A stretch of 64,000 nucleotides of DNA from positions 1,128 to 65,127 of the forward strand of contig PBDW01000007.1 of the NCBI GenBank assembly GCA_002717485.1, read 5' to 3'. Shown piece after piece: positions 56,890 to 64,000 of the stretch. A program made the translations under genes and the position numbers. Below the pieces are notes generated by a model, which saw only the letters and a program-made list of their open reading frames with translations, had not been told where the DNA came from and searched no databases. Every line of letters starts with the position of its first letter. Position 1 is the first letter of the stretch. The stretch is from Pelagibacteraceae bacterium. Lineage in GTDB: Bacteria; Pseudomonadota; Alphaproteobacteria; HIMB59; GCA-002718135.

Positions 56890-58438
56890 AAACAATCTTA
56901 TAATATACATATCAGTAATAATACTTTTTCACATCACGGCCCATTATCTACCCTTTGAAAGGGCTTCGATTGCACCAGATGATTACGGCTACCTGCTTAG
57001 AATCATAAATCTTGGTGAGCTAAAATTAAGTAATTTATTATTATATTTCAAGACAGTCCCAGATAGACCACTTAATATGATATTTCTGGATCTTCAAAAC
57101 TATTTAATTTTAGGTGATACAACTATATCTCTCTATTTTGTATTAATATCAACATCGTTACTTACATTATTAGCCTTCATTTTTTTTAGTTTATTATTTA
57201 ATAATTACGCATATGCATTTATCCTAACGTTACTATATGATCTTTTTCCAGGTAAACTTGAAATATTTCATACATTAATATTTTTTAATATAAATTTTGT
57301 TTTCTTCATATATATTTTAAGCTTGGTTTCCTTTTTGCTTTTTGCAAGATTTAAAAAAAGTACTTACTTTTTTATATCCCTTATATGCTACTGTATTGGG
57401 ATTTTTTGGTATGAAGCTGGATTTTTCATACCATTAATAATGATTATAATTTTATTAATTTATAGAAAGAATGAATTAAATTTATATTATATATTAAAAT
57501 TATTTTCACCTTTCTTTTTTGTAGCATTTTTTTATCTAATTTATAGATTAACATGGGCCTTTGGCTTTGCAGAATCTGTTCCGGGAAGACAGCCTGATAT
57601 TATGCTTATACCTCAAGGAATAATGGATATAATCAACACTTATTTTGGTAGATATATGCTAAGAAGTATTACTTACGGAATATTTAAATTTAAAGATATA
57701 TTTATGCCCTTATTACTCTTTCTAATCATTTTAGATTTAATTGTTGCCTTTATAATTTATTATCTAATCAAAAATATTAAATTAAAAAAAATTGATAATG
57801 ACATAATGATTATCGGTATTTCAATATTTTTTATTTCAATCATTCCTAATATCATTGCTGGGGCTGTTGGAGGCAGACACAGCGCTATTGCTCTAATAGG
57901 TTTTATAATATTTATTTATTGGCTTATTGAAAAATTTGGAAGATATTGGATAAATTTATTTATTTTTTCCATTTTACTTGGCTTAATAGTTACTCAAGGT
58001 AATGCATGGTCTCAAGTAATTGCTTCAAGAATTAACGGATCAGTATATGAGACAATAAAAGAAAATAAGAGCTCTTTAATTAATGCAGAAAATATTGTTA
58101 TTGATACCGGAAGTTTTGCAAACAATATTTCTTTTTCTTTAGTTGAAAATAATTTTAATGTTTTAAATACTTATTACGGAGCACAAACTTTTGAAGATTG
58201 GGGACTTGAATCAATGGTTAAAATAGTATTAGGAAAAGATTATCAGAAAAAAAATATATATATATCAACTAAGGAAATAAAATCAGTATCTGAGGATTCA
58301 TACAAAATTACTGTTTCTGATTATGCAGGATACAGGGCCGTTAATAATAGAAATATAGAATTGCCATCTAATCAAACTTTTGTTGTTGATTATTATCTAG
58401 TTTATAAATCTGGTTATAATAATGGAAAAAGATTATAA
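56867..58438 (+). CDS. Polytopic membrane protein, GT-C/GtrII-like glycosyltransferase
   Basis: About 11 TM helices; PDDY and RPL in the first loop; WYE; soluble C-terminal domain; follows arnC. Confidence 0.6.
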   Translation: MTKEIVNRNNLIIYISVIILFHITAHYLPFERASIAPDDYGYLLRIINLGELKLSNLLLYFKTVPDRPLNMIFLDLQNYLILGDTTISLYFVLISTSLLTLLAFIFFSLLFNNYAYAFILTLLYDLFPGKLEIFHTLIFFNINFVFFIYILSLVSFLLFARFKKSTYFFISLICYCIGIFWYEAGFFIPLIMIIILLIYRKNELNLYYILKLFSPFFFVAFFYLIYRLTWAFGFAESVPGRQPDIMLIPQGIMDIINTYFGRYMLRSITYGIFKFKDIFMPLLLFLIILDLIVAFIIYYLIKNIKLKKIDNDIMIIGISIFFISIIPNIIAGAVGGRHSAIALIGFIIFIYWLIEKFGRYWINLFIFSILLGLIVTQGNAWSQVIASRINGSVYETIKENKSSLINAENIVIDTGSFANNISFSLVENNFNVLNTYYGAQTFEDWGLESMVKIVLGKDYQKKNIYISTKEIKSVSEDSYKITVSDYAGYRAVNNRNIELPSNQTFVVDYYLVYKSGYNNGKRL

Positions 58439-59411
58439 ATTATCAGAAAATATAGAATTAAGAATTGTTGACATAGGGGCAAGTGGTGGCAAAAATATTA
58501 GATGGAAGAATCTACAATTACGGCACAAGGCTATATTATTTGAACCAGACCCTCGTTCGTTTGATTTGATTAAAAATAATAAAAATGATTTAATTATTAA
58601 TACCGCATTATCAAGCGAAAAAAAAGAAAGAGTTTTTTATTTATGTAATAAAAATGAACTTTCTTCTTTTTATGCCCCCAATAAAGAATTTATAAGTTAC
58701 TTTGCTGACTTTGAAAGATTTAATATTGTTAAAACTCTTAAACTAAAAACTGATACTTTAGATAACCAATTAAAAAATAATTCTATTGATCAAATTGATT
58801 TTATTAAATTAGATGCTCAGGGATATGAGTTGGAAATATTAAAAGGTTCTTTGCACTCATTAAAGTTTGTAACTGGAATTGAGATAGAAGTTTCATTTGC
58901 GGAAATATATATGAACCAACCACATTTTATAGAAATAGATAAATTTTTAAGAAATTATGGATTTGAGATGTATGATCTAAAAAGATATTTTTGGAAAAGA
59001 TTGGATAAAAATTTATTAAACAACAGTAATAAAGGTCAGTTAGTTTTTGGTGATGCTTTATATTTTAGGCCTCCAGAAAAAATAGTAAAACTTGATAAAT
59101 TATCAAAGCTTCAGATTCTCAAGACTTTAGAGATATATTTAGCCTATGGCTATTGTGACTTATCTCTAAGTTTAATGAAATTTCCCGATGTTATTAAGCT
59201 TTTTGAAATAAATGAAATAGAACGGATTAAAGAACGTATATCTTCTTATGATATTGCACTTTTAAAAACAAATAATTTTAAAGGCAATCTTAGATATAGA
59301 AAAATACTGCAAAAGATATTAAATAAAATATTACCAAGAAATTATTTTCTTAAATTGGATCTTTGGATAAAGGGAACAGGTATTGGTTCAGATGAAAATC
59401 TTGGTAATTAA
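58422..59411 (+). CDS. FkbM-family methyltransferase
   Basis: VDIGASGG, FEPD, TLD, IDFIKLDAQGYELEILKG, GDALY. Confidence 0.9.
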   Translation: MEKDYKLSENIELRIVDIGASGGKNIRWKNLQLRHKAILFEPDPRSFDLIKNNKNDLIINTALSSEKKERVFYLCNKNELSSFYAPNKEFISYFADFERFNIVKTLKLKTDTLDNQLKNNSIDQIDFIKLDAQGYELEILKGSLHSLKFVTGIEIEVSFAEIYMNQPHFIEIDKFLRNYGFEMYDLKRYFWKRLDKNLLNNSNKGQLVFGDALYFRPPEKIVKLDKLSKLQILKTLEIYLAYGYCDLSLSLMKFPDVIKLFEINEIERIKERISSYDIALLKTNNFKGNLRYRKILQKILNKILPRNYFLKLDLWIKGTGIGSDENLGN

Positions 59412-59450
59412 TAATTTTAAAAGACTATTTATAAAAAACTTTATTAAAAA

Positions 59451-60422
59451 ATGATAAAAAATAATATTAAAAACAAAACGATACTTATAACTGGGGGCAC
59501 TGGGTTTCTTGGAAAAGATTTAGCAAAAAAACTTTCAAAAAAAAATAAGATCATATTGGGGAGTAGAAATAATTTTCTTTCACAAATAGCTTACGAGGAA
59601 ACTAAATGCGAAACGACACCATTGGATGTTTCAAAGATTGAATCTGTTCGAGATTCTGTAACAAAATATAAACCTGATATAATTATTCATGCAGCTGCTA
59701 CAAAATATGTTGATCTTGCCGAAAAGAATCCGAATGAATGTATAGATATAAATATTATAGGATCACAGAATATATCTAGAGTAAGCATGGAACAAAATAT
59801 AAAAGTTGTTGTAGGAATTTCAACTGACAAATCAGCTCCTCCTTTTAACAATATATATGGGTTATCAAAAAGTCTAATGGAACGATTATTTGTTAATTTG
59901 GCCCAATCTTCTAAAACAAAATTTATTTGTGTAAGATTTGGTAATATTGCATGGTCAACAAACTCAGTTTTTCCAATATGGGATCAAATGATGAAAAAAA
60001 ATGGTGTTATATTGTCTACCGGACCTGATATGAAAAGATTCTTTTTTTCAGTAAATGAAGCATCGGAACTTGTAATAACATCTTTGGAAAATTCCAGTAA
60101 ATTAAATGGTAAAATTTTATCTAAAAAAATGAAATGTGCAAAAATATCTAATATCTTAGATATATGGTGTGAAATGTATAATTGTAAATGGAAAAAGATT
60201 AAATCTAGAAAGGGTGATAAATTTGATGAACATTTAATTGGTCAGGGTGAAATTCTAAATACGTATGAATTTTATTATAATAAAAAACAATACTTGGTAA
60301 TTGATCATTATAAAAATCAAAAAAAATCCATTATTAAAGAATATTCAACTTTAAATGCTCCAAAATTAAATAAAAATGAAATTATAAAACTTATAAAAAA
60401 TAGACCGGAAAATTTATTTTGA
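59451..60422 (+). CDS. PseB/CapD-like UDP-HexNAc 4,6-dehydratase
   Basis: TGGTGFLG, HAAATKYV, STDK, YGLSK, VRFGN. Confidence 0.85.
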   Translation: MIKNNIKNKTILITGGTGFLGKDLAKKLSKKNKIILGSRNNFLSQIAYEETKCETTPLDVSKIESVRDSVTKYKPDIIIHAAATKYVDLAEKNPNECIDINIIGSQNISRVSMEQNIKVVVGISTDKSAPPFNNIYGLSKSLMERLFVNLAQSSKTKFICVRFGNIAWSTNSVFPIWDQMMKKNGVILSTGPDMKRFFFSVNEASELVITSLENSSKLNGKILSKKMKCAKISNILDIWCEMYNCKWKKIKSRKGDKFDEHLIGQGEILNTYEFYYNKKQYLVIDHYKNQKKSIIKEYSTLNAPKLNKNEIIKLIKNRPENLF

Positions 60423-61093
60423 CCAAATTAATAAATTGTGCAGTAATTTTAGCAGCTGGAAGAGGCATTAGAATGAGACCCTTAACAGATAAAATACCTA
60501 AAGCTATGGCCCCTTATAAGGGTAGCACACTAATAGCCAATAGTATTGATAAGATAAAACCCTTTTTTAATAATATTTTTGTGACTGTGGGATACAAAGG
60601 AGAAGTGCTTGCAAAACATGTTATTAATAATGGTGCGACTTCAGTAATTAACACAGAAGGAAAGGGAAATGCATGGTGGTTATACAATTCTAAAATCAAT
60701 AAATTTAATGAACCACTGTGTGTTTTTACATGCGATAATATTATTGATACTGATTACGAAAAATTAATCTATGAATATAATGCTTTAGAAAAACCATATT
60801 GTATGTTGGTTCCCACCAATCCAATATCCGGTCTAGAAGGAGATTATATTTTCACGGATGAAAACAAAATAGTTACAAAATTAAGTATAGTTGAAAAATC
60901 AAAAATTTACTGCTCTGGCATTCAAATATTAAATCCGTCTATGATAAATAAATATACGAAAAAAGTTGATGATTTTAATAAAATTTGGAATCAACTGATA
61001 TTGCTAAAACAACTTAAGATCTCCAGTTTATTACCAGATTACTGGTATGCTATTGATAACCTTGAACAATTAAAATTTGTAAATGAAAGTTAA
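60419..61093 (+). CDS. Sugar-1-phosphate nucleotidyltransferase
   Basis: ILAAGRGIRMRPLT..IPKAM, TCD, GI..L, W..ID; TTGA overlap start. Confidence 0.85.
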   Translation: MTKLINCAVILAAGRGIRMRPLTDKIPKAMAPYKGSTLIANSIDKIKPFFNNIFVTVGYKGEVLAKHVINNGATSVINTEGKGNAWWLYNSKINKFNEPLCVFTCDNIIDTDYEKLIYEYNALEKPYCMLVPTNPISGLEGDYIFTDENKIVTKLSIVEKSKIYCSGIQILNPSMINKYTKKVDDFNKIWNQLILLKQLKISSLLPDYWYAIDNLEQLKFVNES

Positions 61094-62075
61094 TGAAGTC
61101 ATTAATAACAATAATTTAAAAATTTCTGTAATAATTCCAACTTTTAATGAAGAGAAGCATATTGGTAAATTAATAGAATCCTTGTTAAATCAAACATATT
61201 TACCAGATGAAATTATTATTTCAGATGCGGGATCTTCTGATCAAACTTTAAATATTATTTCGAATTATTCTAAAAAAAATAAATTTATTAAAATAATTAA
61301 AAGAAAAGGAATCTGCAGAGGCTCGGGTAGAAATGAGGGGATATTTAATGCAAAAAATGACTTATTGGCATTAATAGATTCCGGTATGATTCCAGACAAG
61401 GATTGGTTACATAGTTTTTCAATTCATTTAAAAACAAAAAAATCATATGATGTTATATTTGGATCGGTTTCTTTTTTTGTTAACAAAGGTATTGAAAAAT
61501 CATATGCCTCTACATTTATGGATAAAAGAAAAAAACTAAATTATATAGATACTTCAGTTGCATCTATGCTTATAAGAAAAGAAATTTGGCGCAAAGTTGG
61601 AAGATTTCCTGAAAGTCAGGATGGTTCATATATTGTTGAAGATTTGGATTTTATAAAAAAAATCAATGATTCAAAATCTTACAAAATTCATGAATCTAAA
61701 GCAAGAGTTTATTGGATTATGGATTTTAATATATTAAAAATTATTAAAAGATATTATGAATATAGTATTGGCTCATTAAAAGCCGGCTATTTTGGAAAAT
61801 GGCACAAAGGTCTAATTAGAAATATTATCGCATTAATTTTTTTATTTATAGCCTCTGTCAAGTTTTCTTCTTATTTTTTATTTATAATTTTAATATTATT
61901 TTTAATGAAATCTTATTCATATTTGAAATTATCCAAATGGTTCGTAGAAGAAGGTGTGTTTAGTAAGATTATTTATCTTTTTCAAACATCATTTATTTTT
62001 TTGATAATTGATATTTCTTCGTTTGTTGGTATCATTAGATGGTTATTCTTAGGTTCTCCAAAAGTAAAAAATTAA
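61083..62075 (+). CDS. GT2 glycosyltransferase with C-terminal TM helices
   Basis: SVIIPTFNEE, DAGSSD.T, GRN.GI, IDSG, VEDL. Confidence 0.88.
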   Translation: MKVNEVINNNNLKISVIIPTFNEEKHIGKLIESLLNQTYLPDEIIISDAGSSDQTLNIISNYSKKNKFIKIIKRKGICRGSGRNEGIFNAKNDLLALIDSGMIPDKDWLHSFSIHLKTKKSYDVIFGSVSFFVNKGIEKSYASTFMDKRKKLNYIDTSVASMLIRKEIWRKVGRFPESQDGSYIVEDLDFIKKINDSKSYKIHESKARVYWIMDFNILKIIKRYYEYSIGSLKAGYFGKWHKGLIRNIIALIFLFIASVKFSSYFLFIILILFLMKSYSYLKLSKWFVEEGVFSKIIYLFQTSFIFLIIDISSFVGIIRWLFLGSPKVKN

Positions 62076-62117
62076 TCAATAATACTTATACTTTATAGTT
62101 TAAATAGATAAAATATT

Positions 62118-64000
62118 ATGTGTGGAATAGTTGGTTGTTATCATAAAAAAAGTTATAATCTAAATAAAGAAAATTTTCTTACAATAACTGAAAAATTAAA
62201 GAATAGAGGGCCAGATAATTTAGGTTATTGTGAATTTAATTTTGAAAGTTCTAAACTTAGATTTGGACATAGAAGATTGTCAATTCTTGATTTAAGTCAA
62301 GCTGGCAATCAACCTATGGTCTCTTCTACAGGTAGATATACCATTGTTTATAATGGAGAAATTTATAATCATAATGAATTAAGAAGTAAAATTGATACGG
62401 AGAGTAAAATAAATTGGAGAGGGACTTCAGATACAGAAACATTGTTGTATTTAATTGAAAAAATGGGCATTGAAATTGCTTTAAAAAATATTGAAGGTAT
62501 GTTTTCTTTTTGCATATATGACAAGAAAAGTAATGAATTAATTTTTGCTAGAGATAAATCTGGAGAAAAACCACTTTATATTATTACAAATAAAGAATTT
62601 TTTGCTTTTTCTTCTGATTTAAGCATATTAAAAAAATTACCTAATTTCACTTCTACTTTATGCAAGGAATCTATCAAAAAGTATTTACATTTAAATTATA
62701 TTCCTACTCCTTTAACAATTTTTAATGGATGTTATAAATTACCATCCTCATCATATCTAACAATTAATCTTAATAAATTTGAGATTCAACAATTTAATAA
62801 TTTTGATGATCTTTTATCATTCAAAGGTGTAAAGCTTAATTATTGTTGGTCTTTAGACAATCTTAAAAATAGAAAAATTGAAAAATCAAGAATTTTATCT
62901 AAAAAAAATATTTTGAATGATGTGGAATCTATAATTGAGAAATCTATTTCCAGACAACTTATTTCTGATGTTCCTATCGGTGCCTTTTTATCTGGAGGCA
63001 TAGACTCAAGCACTATAGTTTTGCTAATGAAAAAATTAAAATCTGATGTAAGAACATTTACTGTGGGTTTTGACTTTTTAGAATATGATGAATCAAAATT
63101 TGCTGAAAAAATAGCAAAAAAAATTGGAACTAAACATACTACTTTTAATTGTTCTAAAAATGAAGTTTTGGATATCTTGCCCAAACTTTCAGATGCATTC
63201 GCGGAACCTTTTGCAGATTCTTCTCAAATTCCAACAATGTTAGTTTCAAAAATGGCTAGACAAAATGTAACAGTAGCACTGAGCGGTGATGGTGGGGATG
63301 AAATTTTTGGAGGATACAATAGATATATTATTGCTAATAAATACTGGAAGTATATCAACTCCATTCCTAATTTCGTAAAATTGAGGCTAAATAGTTTGGC
63401 GGGTATTTTACCTAAGCAGTTATTGCAATTTTTATTATTAAAAACATCTTTAATCAGAGAAGATTCTGCTTCAATTAATAACAAGATAGATAAAATATTA
63501 TTAAAAATAGGAAAGATGAAAGATAAATATTCATTTTATAAATCTCTAACAAACGAATGGGACGAAGATTCAGAGATTATAGAATCTTTTAATAACGTAG
63601 AATCAACAAAATATAAAAATTTAATCAATAAAAGTTCTTTACTAAGTTTTGAAGAATCAATGATGCACGTAGATTTTGAAACATATTTACAAGATGATAT
63701 CTTATGCAAAGTTGACAGATCTTCTATGTATTCAAGTATGGAGGTTAGAGCACCATTTTTAGCAAAAGAATTGATAGAATATGTATATTTATTACCTTCA
63801 AAATATAAAATAAGTAATGGAAAATCTAAAATAATATTAAGAGGGATATTAAATAAATACTTACCTGAAAATTATTTTGAAAGACCTAAACAAGGTTTTG
63901 CAATTCCTGTAGCTCATTGGATGAGAACTGATCTTAGAGATTGGGTCGATAACTTACTTTCGAAAGAATTATTAGATTCTCACGGATTATTTAATAATAA
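62118..64000 (+). CDS. asnB: Glutamine-hydrolysing asparagine synthase-like amidotransferase, running off the 3' end
   Basis: Not in the ORF track. Starts MCGIVG; RGPD, GHRRLSILDL, QPM, YNGEIYN, SDTE, RD..GEKPLY, FLSGGIDSS, EPFADSSQIPT, LSGDGGDE.FGGY, KVDR, EVRAPFL, RPKQGF. Confidence 0.93.
   Translation, partial: MCGIVGCYHKKSYNLNKENFLTITEKLKNRGPDNLGYCEFNFESSKLRFGHRRLSILDLSQAGNQPMVSSTGRYTIVYNGEIYNHNELRSKIDTESKINWRGTSDTETLLYLIEKMGIEIALKNIEGMFSFCIYDKKSNELIFARDKSGEKPLYIITNKEFFAFSSDLSILKKLPNFTSTLCKESIKKYLHLNYIPTPLTIFNGCYKLPSSSYLTINLNKFEIQQFNNFDDLLSFKGVKLNYCWSLDNLKNRKIEKSRILSKKNILNDVESIIEKSISRQLISDVPIGAFLSGGIDSSTIVLLMKKLKSDVRTFTVGFDFLEYDESKFAEKIAKKIGTKHTTFNCSKNEVLDILPKLSDAFAEPFADSSQIPTMLVSKMARQNVTVALSGDGGDEIFGGYNRYIIANKYWKYINSIPNFVKLRLNSLAGILPKQLLQFLLLKTSLIREDSASINNKIDKILLKIGKMKDKYSFYKSLTNEWDEDSEIIESFNNVESTKYKNLINKSSLLSFEESMMHVDFETYLQDDILCKVDRSSMYSSMEVRAPFLAKELIEYVYLLPSKYKISNGKSKIILRGILNKYLPENYFERPKQGFAIPVAHWMRTDLRDWVDNLLSKELLDSHGLFNN

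Noticed and set aside
280-63484. Short ORFs of 60-140 aa in the track, mostly minus-strand plus two alternate-frame plus-strand ones (e.g. 17505-17876, 33387-33785, 45466-45888, 62840-63184)
   Set aside because: All overlap well-supported + strand genes and have no recognisable motifs; they are shadow ORFs.
1-64000. CRISPR arrays, tRNA/rRNA, IS elements, integrases, phage or defence genes
   Set aside because: None seen. Intergenic gaps are under ~160 bp and no ORF has the relevant motifs.

Overview
AT-rich bacterial DNA. The MmsA sequence and compact gene packing suggest a marine alphaproteobacterium such as Pelagibacterales; this is inference. The window opens with the 3' end of a LAB_N (RgtF-like) gene, mmsA and a UDP-glucuronate 4-epimerase. 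From ~2.7 kb to the end it is one co-oriented, tightly coupled surface-glycan island of more than 55 genes. The island is headed by a MarR_EPS regulator with a tandem TGTTCA-N5-TG(A/T)ACA operator, an RfaH/NusG paralog and an ops-like site. It encodes Wzz, a WaaL/Wzy-type protein, Wzm/Wzt, a transaldolase-GmhA-HddA-GmhB higher-sugar pathway, three ulosonate synthases (two NeuB, one KdsA paralog), five cytidylyltransferase domains, four unclassified GT-B proteins, an A-domain plus GNAT-ACP aminoacylation module, FemAB-like proteins, an Arn-like cassette and AsnB. Most unusual: (1) a Sat / active-site-altered pyruvate kinase / CysC-like / sulfotransferase / Ldh2(ComC)-like module; (2) a KdsA paralog with KANRS changed to KDCRS, linked to a lone CBS protein, an HpcH aldolase, two SDRs and KdsB; (3) a transaldolase-led set paralleling lincosamide GDP-octose synthesis. 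No RNA genes, CRISPR arrays or mobile elements were seen. All family calls come from motif reading, not database searches.
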